Part shown: in pieces, positions 36,488-46,267 of the stretch | How the letters are laid out: every line of letters starts with the position of its first letter | How positions within the stretch are numbered: the first letter of the stretch is position 1 | Source of the DNA: an uncultured Planctomycetales bacterium | Lineage (GTDB): Bacteria; Omnitrophota; Gorgyraeia; Zapsychrales; Fredricksoniimonadaceae | Direction of reading: 5' to 3' | NCBI GenBank assembly: GCA_964438075.1 | Contig: CAYTIW010000002.1 | Location: 47,994 to 111,993, forward strand | DNA length: 64,000 nucleotides | Translations under genes and position numbers: made by a program | The notes under the pieces: model-generated | What the model saw: the letters and a program-made list of their open reading frames with translations, nothing else | What the model was told of the DNA's origin: nothing | Database searches by the model: none

Positions 36488-39024
36488 AACTTCCGCGCAA
36501 TTTGTTCGATCTGGAACGCTTCGATAAGGTCGCCGGCCTGGTAACCAGTGAAACCGCCGACCGAAATGCCGCACTCAAATCCTTCGCCGACCTCGCGTAC
36601 GTCGTCCTTAAAACGCTTGAGTGTTGTGATCTTGTTAGTATGGATAACCTGGCCGTTACGGATGATCTCCACATCCAGCTTGGTGCGCATCTTTCCTTTC
36701 AGCAGGAAACAACCGGCGACAATGCCGGACTTGGAAAGGTTGAAGACCTGCCGCACTTCGGCACGAGCGATAAAATGGCGTTTTTCATCCGGCTTTAGCA
36801 TCCCTTCCAGCGCGTCGCGGACGTCATTGACCACATCATAAATGATATTATATCGACGTATCTGGACCGGAGTTTTGTTCAGTTCCTCTTCGGCATCAGA
36901 ATTGGTACCGACGCCGAAGGCCACGATGATGGCTTTGGAAACAGCTGCTAGGATAACGTCCGAGGCATTGACATTGCCCACTCCGCAATGGATGAACTTT
37001 ATCGCCACTTCCTTGTTCTCCGCCGGGACCTTGAGCAGCGAGTCGCGGATCGCCTCCACGGAGCCTTGCACGTCGCCTTTGATAAGCACGTTCAGCTCTT
37101 TTACCTCTCCGGCCTGTTTTTGAGCAAAAAGGTCTTCCAGCGTGATCTTGGACGTTGCCCGTAAGCGTTCAGCTTTGAGTTTCTCCTCACGGGCTAAAGT
37201 GATCTCCCGGGCGACCTTTTCTTCTTCGACCACAAAAAATCTTTCACCAGCCTCCGGAACTGCCGGAAGCCCAAGGATCTCCACCGGTCCGGAGGGCCCG
37301 ATCTCGTGGACATGGCGCTTACGGTCATCGAACATAGCTTTTACGCGGCCATAATAGGGGCCTACTATGACAATATCGCCATCCTTGAGCGTTCCGCTCT
37401 GGACTATAAGCGTGGCCAAGGCCCCTTTGCCGGGGCTGAGGTGGGCTTCAACCACGATACCGGCTGCGCGTTTGTTCGGATTAGCCTTGCACTCCAGCAT
37501 CTCCGCTTCCAGCAAGATCATTTCCAGCAAATTATCGATCCCCTGCCCGGTATGGGCAGAGACCGGTACCACGATGGTCTTACCGCCCCAGTCTTCGGGC
37601 ATAAGGTCGTGTTGCATCAACTGTTTTTTGGCATTTTCTATGTCGGCATCCGGCAGATCGACCTTGTTCATCGCCACAACTATAGGAACCTTGCCCGCCC
37701 GGGCGTGGTCTATGGCCTCCAGGGTCTGCGGCATCACTCCCTCATTCGCCGCAACTACCAGCACAACCAGGTCGGTTATATGCGCGCCTCGGGCACGCAT
37801 CGCCGTAAAGGCGGCATGACCGGGTGTATCCAGAAATGTTATTGTTCCTTTCGCCAGCTTGACAGAATAAGCACGGATATGTTGGGTGATCCCGCCGTGT
37901 TCCGTATCGACCACCTTGGTTTTGCGTATAGCATCGAGCAAGGAAGTCTTACCATGATCGACATGGCCCATAAAAGTGACAACCGGAGCTCGTGGTTTAA
38001 GCAATTCAGGGGCATCTTTTTCCTTTTCGTGCTCATAAACCAGCTGTTCTTCCTGGGATTTTATTTCTATGAGATTAAATCCGAACTCCTGGCAGATACT
38101 GCGCACGATATCTTCACCGAGGTTCTGGTTGATATGAGCAAAAATGCCCCTGGACATGAGCGTTTTGAGAACTATGTTGGCCTTTTGTTGTATTTTGAAG
38201 GCCAGATCCCCGACCGTGATAGGGATCTTCATTTCAATGTCTACCAGCGGGCCATCGCGTTTGGCAGGAGGTTGATCAAGGGGCTGTTCTTCGACGGGTT
38301 TCTCATGGTCCCCGCCGGACGAGTGCGGTTGCGGCTGACCGGTTGAGGACGGTTCTCCCGCAGGACGCCTCTTGCCATGCGCCAAAGGCTTCATGGAGAT
38401 AAACTCAGGCTGTTCTTTATGGATGACTTTCTTAATGACCTTCTTGATTACCTTTTTGACCACCTTTTTACCGTCACCCGAAGACTGATCATCGGGTTTC
38501 TTTTCGAATTGGGCCAGTTCGTTTGGCAATTCGCCCTTAGCAGCTTCCGGCTCAGTTACGACCGGTTCAGCTTTTGGTTCGATCTTAGGCTCCACCGGTA
38601 TTTCAACAGTCTGCTCAGCTTTTGGTTCCGGCTTTGTTTCCGTCTTGGGTTCTGTTCTGGAAGGATGGACAACCCCGGCCTTGTATGAGACCAGTATTTG
38701 TTTCTTGGCATGGTCCGCGGGCTTGTCTGTTTCTGAGACTTCCGCGTGGTCCTTGGATTTCAGGTCTTTCTTTTTCTTGGCAGACGCATCTTCATGCGAG
38801 GGAGCATGTGTTTTTTTAACGGGTGGCTTCTTGGCGGGTTTGGGTTCTGGCTCAGGTTCTTTTTGGATAAGCCCTTTCTCTTCGAGTTCGCCTTTCAAGA
38901 CCATGATAACTGCCGGGCTAAGCTCATGGTCATCACCCTTGGCCCTAAGTTTTAAGGTCTTCAGGGTGGTCATAATGATCTCTTCAGTGATATTGTATTT
39001 CTTAGCCAAATCCCTAACTAACAT
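36484..39024 (-). CDS. infB: Translation initiation factor IF-2
   Basis: G-domain GHVDHGKTSLLD with DTPGH. Lys/Glu-rich N-terminal region. Overall IF-2 architecture. Confidence 0.9.
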   Translation of the reverse strand: MLVRDLAKKYNITEEIIMTTLKTLKLRAKGDDHELSPAVIMVLKGELEEKGLIQKEPEPEPKPAKKPPVKKTHAPSHEDASAKKKKDLKSKDHAEVSETDKPADHAKKQILVSYKAGVVHPSRTEPKTETKPEPKAEQTVEIPVEPKIEPKAEPVVTEPEAAKGELPNELAQFEKKPDDQSSGDGKKVVKKVIKKVIKKVIHKEQPEFISMKPLAHGKRRPAGEPSSTGQPQPHSSGGDHEKPVEEQPLDQPPAKRDGPLVDIEMKIPITVGDLAFKIQQKANIVLKTLMSRGIFAHINQNLGEDIVRSICQEFGFNLIEIKSQEEQLVYEHEKEKDAPELLKPRAPVVTFMGHVDHGKTSLLDAIRKTKVVDTEHGGITQHIRAYSVKLAKGTITFLDTPGHAAFTAMRARGAHITDLVVLVVAANEGVMPQTLEAIDHARAGKVPIVVAMNKVDLPDADIENAKKQLMQHDLMPEDWGGKTIVVPVSAHTGQGIDNLLEMILLEAEMLECKANPNKRAAGIVVEAHLSPGKGALATLIVQSGTLKDGDIVIVGPYYGRVKAMFDDRKRHVHEIGPSGPVEILGLPAVPEAGERFFVVEEEKVAREITLAREEKLKAERLRATSKITLEDLFAQKQAGEVKELNVLIKGDVQGSVEAIRDSLLKVPAENKEVAIKFIHCGVGNVNASDVILAAVSKAIIVAFGVGTNSDAEEELNKTPVQIRRYNIIYDVVNDVRDALEGMLKPDEKRHFIARAEVRQVFNLSKSGIVAGCFLLKGKMRTKLDVEIIRNGQVIHTNKITTLKRFKDDVREVGEGFECGISVGGFTGYQAGDLIEAFQIEQIARKL

Positions 39025-39072
39025 AATGATTGCTTTCCACTACGGTTTATCCGGTTTTCTTTTTCAACAAGA

Positions 39073-40155
39073 CTATTTATCTTCCGATGGTTCCTCGTTG
39101 CCGTCAGACGGCTCCGTGCCATTACTCGCATCCCCGGCAACTTCTTCCTCGACCACTTCTTCGACGACTTCCTCGACCTCTTCTTCTTGCTCCGACTCTT
39201 GTTTAAGATGCTCTTCCCATTGTTTAGCCGAAAAGATATCCAGTTCCCACCCCACCAGTTTTCCGGCCAGTCTTACGTTCTGGCCATAACGTCCGATGGC
39301 GATAGAAAGCTGATCATCCGCCACGATGATATTGGCCTTCTTTTCCGCCGACAAAAGCTGCATTTGCGATATCTCTGCCGGTGAAAGGGCCGCCTGGATG
39401 TATTCCTTGATGTCCACCGCATAACGGACTATATCGATCTTCTCGCCGTGGAGTTCATTGACTATATTTTTGACCCTGGAACCGCGCATGCCTACACAAG
39501 CGCCCACACAATCGACCTTTTCGTCTTTGGAATAGACTGATATTTTTGTCCTTTCGCCGGGATCGCGGGCAATGGCTTTGACCTCTATAATGCCTTCGTA
39601 AATCTCGGGAACTTCCAGCTCAAAAAGGCGTTTTACAAAATTAGGATGCGCCCGGGAAAGCACTATCTGAGGGCCGCGGGTCTCGCGCTGGACATCCAGG
39701 ACCAAGGCCCGCACGCGGTCGCCCTGTCGGAATTCTTCCTTGCCGCAAAGCTCGCTCCTCGGGATAATGGCTTCGGTCTTGCCCAGATCTACGATCACGC
39801 TGCCACGGTCGAAACGATACACACTGCCCGAAATAATGGATCCGATACGTGTACTATAGTCGGTAAAGACGACATCTTTTTCCGCCTCGCGTATCTTCTG
39901 GAACACGACTTGTTTGGCGGTCTGGGCAGCGATGCGGCCGAATTCGCTCGAACGGATCTCCTGTCCGTTGGCATAAGCGGTGATCTTTCCAGTCCTGGGA
40001 TCGAACTTGGCGGTCACATCCTCTTCCTTGCCGACCGTCCACACCTTGCGGGCCGCGGAGGCGACAGCCGCTTCGACGGCCTGTATGAGCACTTCCTTGG
40101 CGATGCCCTTATCGCGTTCGATCTGCTCCAAAATCCCCATTAGTTCACTTTCCAT
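39073..40155 (-). CDS. nusA: Transcription termination/antitermination factor NusA
   Basis: The N-terminus MESELMGILEQIERDKGI is the NusA start. S1/KH layout. Acidic C-terminal tail. Confidence 0.9.
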   Translation of the reverse strand: MESELMGILEQIERDKGIAKEVLIQAVEAAVASAARKVWTVGKEEDVTAKFDPRTGKITAYANGQEIRSSEFGRIAAQTAKQVVFQKIREAEKDVVFTDYSTRIGSIISGSVYRFDRGSVIVDLGKTEAIIPRSELCGKEEFRQGDRVRALVLDVQRETRGPQIVLSRAHPNFVKRLFELEVPEIYEGIIEVKAIARDPGERTKISVYSKDEKVDCVGACVGMRGSRVKNIVNELHGEKIDIVRYAVDIKEYIQAALSPAEISQMQLLSAEKKANIIVADDQLSIAIGRYGQNVRLAGKLVGWELDIFSAKQWEEHLKQESEQEEEVEEVVEEVVEEEVAGDASNGTEPSDGNEEPSEDK

Positions 40156-40167
40156 CAGACTTGACTC

Positions 40168-40632
40168 CTAGATTATGACCTGTTTCCCTTTTTCTATGTT
40201 TACCATCGGAACCAGCCACTCCTCGTTCCGGACCTTCATTATCAACTCGCCTTCACGCAGCCCGGTCAACTCACCGATGATTTCACGCTTGCCACGAACC
40301 GGGTCTTTCAGAAAAAGATGTATCTCCCTGCCCATGACCCGCCGGAAATCTCGATATCCGGTCAGCGGCCTATCCATACCGGGAGAGGAAACTTCTAAAG
40401 TATAATTATTGCCCAGGTTCAGTTCATTATACAGTATTTTGTCCAAACGCTGGTTGAGAGCAGTACATTCATCCAGCCCAACGCCTCCTGTCGGACGGTC
40501 CGCAAAGACCTGGATCGACAGGATATCGTTATAGGCATGGATCTTCATTTCGACGATCTCGATACCGATCTCAGCACAAATAGGAACAGCGCGTTTATAA
40601 ATATCCTCTTTTAGGTCGTCGATACTTCCCAT
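40168..40632 (-). CDS. rimP: Ribosome maturation factor RimP
   Basis: Matches the RimP family, and the position upstream of nusA-infB is conserved. Confidence 0.8.
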   Translation of the reverse strand: MGSIDDLKEDIYKRAVPICAEIGIEIVEMKIHAYNDILSIQVFADRPTGGVGLDECTALNQRLDKILYNELNLGNNYTLEVSSPGMDRPLTGYRDFRRVMGREIHLFLKDPVRGKREIIGELTGLREGELIMKVRNEEWLVPMVNIEKGKQVII

Positions 40633-40641
40633 AAAGATACA

Positions 40642-41826
40642 CTATTTCCCGACTAACGCCAATATCCGCTCTACCGCTTTGTCCTTGGAAATATTCTCGA
40701 CAGCGTTGGTCGCACGGTGCTTGATTTCGATATTCCCTTCCGATAGACCACGCTTGCCGATGGTGATACGGTAAGGAAGGCCGATGAGGTCGGCATCGTT
40801 AAATTTCCGACCGGCGCTTTCATCACGGTCGTCCATTAAAACATCAATATTAAATTTTGTCAACTCATCATAATACTGTGTGGCTAAGGCCATTACCGCC
40901 GGTTCTCCGACCTGCACCGGAAGCAATTCTACTTGGAACGGCGCGACCTCCAGTGGCCAGCGGATCCCTTTATCGTCAGAGTGGACCTCTATGATCGTAG
41001 CTATAAGGCGACTTACCCCTATTCCGTAGCAACCCATGATTATTGGTTGCTGCTTGCCCTTCTCATCCAAATATACAGCCCCCAAAGCCTCTGAATACTT
41101 GGTCCCTAGCTGGAAGATGTGGCCAACCTCTATGCATTGCCTCTCCTGCCCGTTAGCATCTTTGGCCCTGTCTTCACCTATAGCTGCGGGGATAAGGAAT
41201 TCATGGGAGAGACTACCGCCCATCGCCCCGCTATCGGCTTCGGTTATGATCGGTTCCAGACAACACCGGTCAAAGACTTTCTTGTAGGCATGATACATGG
41301 CATCGTAGCTTTTCTTCAAGCCAGCGTTATCGACGTCGAAGCTATAAGCATCCTTCATGATGAACTCGCAAGCCCGGATAACGCCAAATCGCGGACGGGT
41401 CTCGTCGCGGAATTTGGTCTGGATCTGGTAAAGGGTCACGGGAAGCTGCCGGTATGATTGCACGAAGGCCTTAACCAGGTCAGTTATTATCTCCTCATGG
41501 GTCGGCCCCAGGCACATGGGAGTGCCTTTTTTATTCTTAAAACGTATCATCACTTCTTCCAGCGTTTTATCTCGCCCGGTCTTTTGCCATATCTCCAGAG
41601 GATGGATGGCAGGCATCCTGAGCTCATGCGCCCCGGACTGATCCATCTCCTGGCGGATTATCTGCTCGATCCTGCCCAGAACGCGCAATCCTAGAGGTAA
41701 ATAAGAATAAACCCCCGAAGTAAGCATGTGGACCAGGCCTGACCGTAAGAGCAATTGATGGCTGACAGCCTCGGTCCCGACCGGGATCTCTTTTATCGTT
41801 GGAATGAAGTATTGCGACCACTTCAT
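40642..41826 (-). CDS. proS: Proline--tRNA ligase, short form lacking the INS editing domain
   Basis: N-terminus MKWSQYFIPTIKE...HQLLLRSG. Motif 2 FRDETRPRFGVIRACEFIMKDAYSF. Motif 3 GHIFQLGTKYSE. Only ~60 aa separate motifs 2 and 3. Confidence 0.8.
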   Translation of the reverse strand: MKWSQYFIPTIKEIPVGTEAVSHQLLLRSGLVHMLTSGVYSYLPLGLRVLGRIEQIIRQEMDQSGAHELRMPAIHPLEIWQKTGRDKTLEEVMIRFKNKKGTPMCLGPTHEEIITDLVKAFVQSYRQLPVTLYQIQTKFRDETRPRFGVIRACEFIMKDAYSFDVDNAGLKKSYDAMYHAYKKVFDRCCLEPIITEADSGAMGGSLSHEFLIPAAIGEDRAKDANGQERQCIEVGHIFQLGTKYSEALGAVYLDEKGKQQPIIMGCYGIGVSRLIATIIEVHSDDKGIRWPLEVAPFQVELLPVQVGEPAVMALATQYYDELTKFNIDVLMDDRDESAGRKFNDADLIGLPYRITIGKRGLSEGNIEIKHRATNAVENISKDKAVERILALVGK

Positions 41827-41848
41827 CAGATCACCTTTCCTTTACCGC

Positions 41849-43156
41849 TCATGCAAAGAATTCCGGCGGGAGCTTGACGTTGCGTTTATCGAACTTGTGC
41901 TGGAACGAAGGGATGGCATGGTTCATCATCCAGTCACCTTTAATGCTGCCCTGTTCATCCATTTTGGTCTGACGGAAGGTAAAAATATCCTGAAGCGTTA
42001 CCACATCGGTCTTCCGGTCAAAACGCAGGTCAGTTATGTTCGCCACTCGGCGCACACCGTCCAGATACAATTCTATATAAACGATAACATCTATAGACGT
42101 GGCTATCTGCCTTCGTATCTGGTCCCCCGACAAGCGTATACCAGACATCAACATCATAGTGATCATACGGTTGAAACACTCTTCTGGAGAGTCGGCGTGG
42201 ACGATCGCCAACATCCCCGAGTGGCCGGAACTGATGGACTGGACCATATCGAGCACCTCGTCGCTTCGCACTTCGCCGAGGATGATTCGGTCAGGGCGCA
42301 TACGCAAACTGTTCAAGAAAAGGTCGCGGATAGTAACCTGCCCTTTGCCTTCGATATTCGGCGCCTTCGCCTGAAGGTTCACTACGTGTTCCTGGAATAG
42401 CCGCAACTCGGATGTGTCCTCAATGGTTACGATACGCTCATCCTCCGGGATGTGTTTGGAAAGAACGTTCAGCAAGGTGGTCTTACCGGAACCCGTGGCG
42501 CCACAAAACACTATATTTAACCGAGCTCTTACTGCCGCGATCAGGAATAGGACCATTTGCTGGCTAATGGTTCCCAATTCTATCAGGTTCTCAACCGTCG
42601 TTATATCGTGAGAGAATTTACGTATGGTCACTACCGGCCCCTGTAAAGTACAAGGCGGAATAATGACGTTAACACGCGAGCCGTCCGGCAAGGAGAAGTC
42701 AGTGTAGGGCTGAGATTCATCAACGCGGCGACTGGTGCCAGCAGAGGCAATAAGTTTCTGTATGAAGTGCATCAGGTGGGTATTGTCTTCAAAGGTAATA
42801 TCTGTCAGAGTGATGCGGCCGGCCTTCTGGATAAATATCTGTTTGGGGCCGTTGATCATGATTTCCGAGATGTCTTTGTCTTCCATGATGGGTCGGATGG
42901 GGCCCAGGCTGATGATAGAACTGGTCAGTTCACGCACCAACTTGGCCCGTTCCTCGAAGGTGATCTTGAAATCAGCTTCTTGGGTCAAACGCACAATAGT
43001 CTTGTCAACGAACATCCTCAACTGGTCATCATTGAGCGAATCCTTGATCTTCAAGAAATCCGTCTTGGATATCAGATATCGGTGGATAATTGACTTAATA
43101 TCGTCGTATTCTGAACCAGGACCCTTGCCTTTTTTAGCTGTTGGATCATCCGCCAT
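41849..43156 (-). CDS. cpaF: CpaF/TadA-family type II/IV secretion ATPase (orphan)
   Basis: Walker A GATGSGKTT. Asp/His boxes. Sequence otherwise CpaF-like. Confidence 0.75.
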   Translation of the reverse strand: MADDPTAKKGKGPGSEYDDIKSIIHRYLISKTDFLKIKDSLNDDQLRMFVDKTIVRLTQEADFKITFEERAKLVRELTSSIISLGPIRPIMEDKDISEIMINGPKQIFIQKAGRITLTDITFEDNTHLMHFIQKLIASAGTSRRVDESQPYTDFSLPDGSRVNVIIPPCTLQGPVVTIRKFSHDITTVENLIELGTISQQMVLFLIAAVRARLNIVFCGATGSGKTTLLNVLSKHIPEDERIVTIEDTSELRLFQEHVVNLQAKAPNIEGKGQVTIRDLFLNSLRMRPDRIILGEVRSDEVLDMVQSISSGHSGMLAIVHADSPEECFNRMITMMLMSGIRLSGDQIRRQIATSIDVIVYIELYLDGVRRVANITDLRFDRKTDVVTLQDIFTFRQTKMDEQGSIKGDWMMNHAIPSFQHKFDKRNVKLPPEFFA

Positions 43157-43167
43157 AATTATCCCCT

Positions 43168-44283
43168 TTATTTGATGAAGAAACTTGCAAGTTTATCTAT
43201 AAGACCTATTCTCTCAAAATCTATGTAAAAAACGTAGACCGCCAGTAAAATGATCAACCCGAATCCGGCTTTCCCGATAATTTCGTCCACCTTGACGGAG
43301 AGGGGTCTACGTCTGACCTTCTCCAGACCCAGCAAAGCCAAATGGCCGCCGTCAAGAGGGATCAGCGGGATCAGGTTAAAAATGGCCAAACTTGCACTGA
43401 GTGCCCCCACAATGTAGATCAAGAAGGAAATACCCAGCCCGATAGCAAATTTGATAATGAAAAATATGCCTATCAGGCCGGTTACTCCTTCTTTGGCTGA
43501 TTTTTTCCCGGTCAATATATCCCACAAAGCCACGTAAGTCTGGTTAGTGACCGACCACAGCTCTTTGGATGCCCTTGTCATTGCGCCGAACAGCCCGTAA
43601 CGTTCAATGTGTGAAGAATTGAAGGCTTTCTCTCCGGCGGGTTGTATGCCGATCCGGCCGATGATTTTTTCTCGTCCGAAAACATCCTTGCTGGGAACCT
43701 GATCAGGCGCGACCCGGACTATCCTCGCCACACCATCGTTGAGAACGGACAACTCAATGGTTTTTCCCGCCGAATCCATGATCAAGGTCTGCATTTCATC
43801 CCAATAGGCGATCGGCTTGCCATCGATGCTGACCACTTTATCACCCACCTTTACTCCCGCTTTGGCCGCTGGGGAACCAGCCGCCACTACCCCGATCTTG
43901 GCCGGCAAGTCCTTGCTGGCTTTGACGATGTCCAGATAACCGATCATGAAGACCAGAACAAAACATATATAGCCCAAGATATAATTGACCACCGGCCCCA
44001 TGAGCACGATCAAGGCTCGGTGCCCCGGAGATTTGGAAAAATATTCATCCGGCTTGCCTTCACATTTAGACCGGTCATCTCCAGCCATTTTAACATAACC
44101 GCCTAATAGAATAGCACATATACGGTAATTAGTACCGCCAATGGTCCGGGAAAAAAGTTTAGGGCCAAAGCCGAGAGCGAATTCCTCCACCCGCACCCCC
44201 AACATTTTCGCGGTCAAGAAGTGTCCGGCTTCATGGACAATGATCAAAATGCTTAGAATGACGATGAACAATAGAACGGTCAT
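43168..44283 (-). CDS. rseP: RIP metalloprotease RseP (site-2 protease) with PDZ domain
   Basis: HEAGHFLTAK is the HExxH in TM1. A PDZ segment is present. LDGG motif near the C-terminus. Confidence 0.85.
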   Translation of the reverse strand: MTVLLFIVILSILIIVHEAGHFLTAKMLGVRVEEFALGFGPKLFSRTIGGTNYRICAILLGGYVKMAGDDRSKCEGKPDEYFSKSPGHRALIVLMGPVVNYILGYICFVLVFMIGYLDIVKASKDLPAKIGVVAAGSPAAKAGVKVGDKVVSIDGKPIAYWDEMQTLIMDSAGKTIELSVLNDGVARIVRVAPDQVPSKDVFGREKIIGRIGIQPAGEKAFNSSHIERYGLFGAMTRASKELWSVTNQTYVALWDILTGKKSAKEGVTGLIGIFFIIKFAIGLGISFLIYIVGALSASLAIFNLIPLIPLDGGHLALLGLEKVRRRPLSVKVDEIIGKAGFGLIILLAVYVFYIDFERIGLIDKLASFFIK

Positions 44284-45437
44284 GCGATCCCCTTTATGCT
44301 TGCGAAGGCATTGAATCTCGCACAGGCATCGGCGTAGCGTATATCAAACAATGATGCCGGCTTGATGTTTTTATGTGATAAGACAACTTTTTCCACTATC
44401 TTGAAAATGTCCGTAAATCGGATACGGCCTTTGAGAAAGGCTTCCACGGCTATTTCATCTGCGGCATTCAACACCGCCGGTAAAGTGCCTCCCTGTTTGG
44501 CCGCATGATATGCCAAAGCCAACGAAGGAAAAGTTTTCATGTCCGGCTTTTCGAAGGTCAGGGTCTGCACTTCCAGGAGATCCAGCGTCGGCAGACCTGT
44601 CGCCAGCCTGTCCGGATAAGTCAGGGCATACTGGATAGGCAGTCGCATGTCGGTAACTCCCATCTGGGCTAATATCGTCCCGTCCACCATTTCCACCATC
44701 GAATGGATGATCGCTTCCGGATGGATAACGACCTTGACCTGATCGACCGACAAGCTGAACAGCCTCATCGCCTCGATCACTTCAAACCCTTTGTTCATCA
44801 AACTCGCCGAATCAACAGTGATCTTGGCCCCCATGCGCCAACGCGGATGGCGCAATATTTCTTTCACCGAAAGACGGTCATGCTTCGCAGGCGCTATTTG
44901 CCGTAATGCGCCGCCTGAGGCGGTCAAGAGGACCATCTTAAGACAAGAGCGGTCTTGTCCTTCCAGACACTGGAAAATAGCGCTCTGTTCACTGTCAACG
45001 GGAATGATCCTTGAACCGGAACAGCGTGCCTCCGTCATGATTATCTCACCCGCCATTACCAGAGCTTCCTTATTGGCAGGTGCTATGATCTTGCCGGCCT
45101 TGGCCGCGCTTAAGAATGGTTCCAGAGCGGCGGCTCCCGTCATGGCCAAGATCACCAGGTCCACATCTGTGGCTGAAGCCAAAGCAGGCAGATCTTGCCC
45201 CGCATCAAAGAATTTCACCTTATTGCCCAGAGAGCGGCGCAGAGTTGGAATGCGATCCGCCGAAAGGGCGACGTTTTTCGGCTTGAACTGTTTGATCTGG
45301 CCTACCAAAGCATTGACATTGTTAAAAGCCGTTAACGTCACAACTTCAAATCGTTCGCTCCAACGCCCGATCACTTTCAGCGCGTTAAGGCCGATGGAAC
45401 CAGTGGAGCCAAAGATGGCAACGCGTTTTCTTTTCAT
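44280..45437 (-). CDS. dxr: 1-deoxy-D-xylulose 5-phosphate reductoisomerase
   Basis: VAIFGSTGSIGLNALKVI is the NADPH-binding motif. Dxr length. Confidence 0.9.
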   Translation of the reverse strand: MKRKRVAIFGSTGSIGLNALKVIGRWSERFEVVTLTAFNNVNALVGQIKQFKPKNVALSADRIPTLRRSLGNKVKFFDAGQDLPALASATDVDLVILAMTGAAALEPFLSAAKAGKIIAPANKEALVMAGEIIMTEARCSGSRIIPVDSEQSAIFQCLEGQDRSCLKMVLLTASGGALRQIAPAKHDRLSVKEILRHPRWRMGAKITVDSASLMNKGFEVIEAMRLFSLSVDQVKVVIHPEAIIHSMVEMVDGTILAQMGVTDMRLPIQYALTYPDRLATGLPTLDLLEVQTLTFEKPDMKTFPSLALAYHAAKQGGTLPAVLNAADEIAVEAFLKGRIRFTDIFKIVEKVVLSHKNIKPASLFDIRYADACARFNAFASIKGIA

Positions 45438-46267
45438 ACTTTGGCAACCGTATGTAACGTCGAACTCATGAACAGATAGAAAGCTGGGACCGAAAACAAA
45501 AGACTGTCTATCATGTCCAGCACCCCTCCGGTGCCGGGCAGGAATTTGCCAGAATCCTTGACATTACAATCACGCTTTATCATGGACTCCGAGAGATCAC
45601 CCAACTGCCCCAGACTGCCAAAAAAGAGACCGATGCAAGAAATATACCATATCGACATATTCCTTAGGACCGGAGGCAGCCAGGAGCTAAGCAAGACTGC
45701 CACAATAGCACTGAAAATTATTCCGCCCAGCGTGCCTTCCACTGACTTCTTGGGACTGACCTTGGGCAAAAGAGGATGTTTGCCGAGAGCCGTTCCTATG
45801 AATAAACCACCCACATCGGCGGCTTTGGTCACCAAGACTATGAATAATACCAGTTTGACGCCTTCCCATCCAGGCAAAAGGAACCTGATCTTGATGATAA
45901 AACTGAAGAACCACGAAACATAGAGCACCCCGAATAATGTTGTGGAAAGACCTATGATGGCGTTGGTGTTATCTTGTCGAGCGAATTGCATGATGAGCAT
46001 CAGTAGAAAGGCGCATACTATGAATAACAACTCCCAATTCCTGGTAAGTTCAAAATGGAAAAAAATGGACAAAGGTATCAATAAACCTATGAATATTCCG
46101 GTATAACTGTAGATGGGGATATCCTTCTTCTTGATCAAATAAAAGAATTCATATAACCCGCCCATGGTAAGAAGGCATACCAGCATTATGAAACTTAACG
46201 GATTCAATATTGCCAGTACGGCCACGACCAATGCCAAGGCGCTGTTCAATACCCGAGGTACGTTCAT
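45434..46267 (-). CDS. cdsA: Phosphatidate cytidylyltransferase
   Basis: Polytopic membrane protein with the C-terminal KSVEGTLGGIIFS motif. Conserved uppS-cdsA-dxr-rseP gene order. Confidence 0.8.
   Translation of the reverse strand: MNVPRVLNSALALVVAVLAILNPLSFIMLVCLLTMGGLYEFFYLIKKKDIPIYSYTGIFIGLLIPLSIFFHFELTRNWELLFIVCAFLLMLIMQFARQDNTNAIIGLSTTLFGVLYVSWFFSFIIKIRFLLPGWEGVKLVLFIVLVTKAADVGGLFIGTALGKHPLLPKVSPKKSVEGTLGGIIFSAIVAVLLSSWLPPVLRNMSIWYISCIGLFFGSLGQLGDLSESMIKRDCNVKDSGKFLPGTGGVLDMIDSLLFSVPAFYLFMSSTLHTVAKV

Noticed and set aside
37306-38346. 346-aa plus-strand ORF (and 38645..39289, 214 aa) inside infB
   Set aside because: Antisense to a highly conserved IF-2 coding region. The Ser/Leu-rich low-complexity translation is typical of antisense frames. 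No RBS.
41804-42400. 198-aa plus-strand ORF overlapping the cpaF/proS junction
   Set aside because: Antisense to the conserved CpaF ATPase core. Rejected as spurious.
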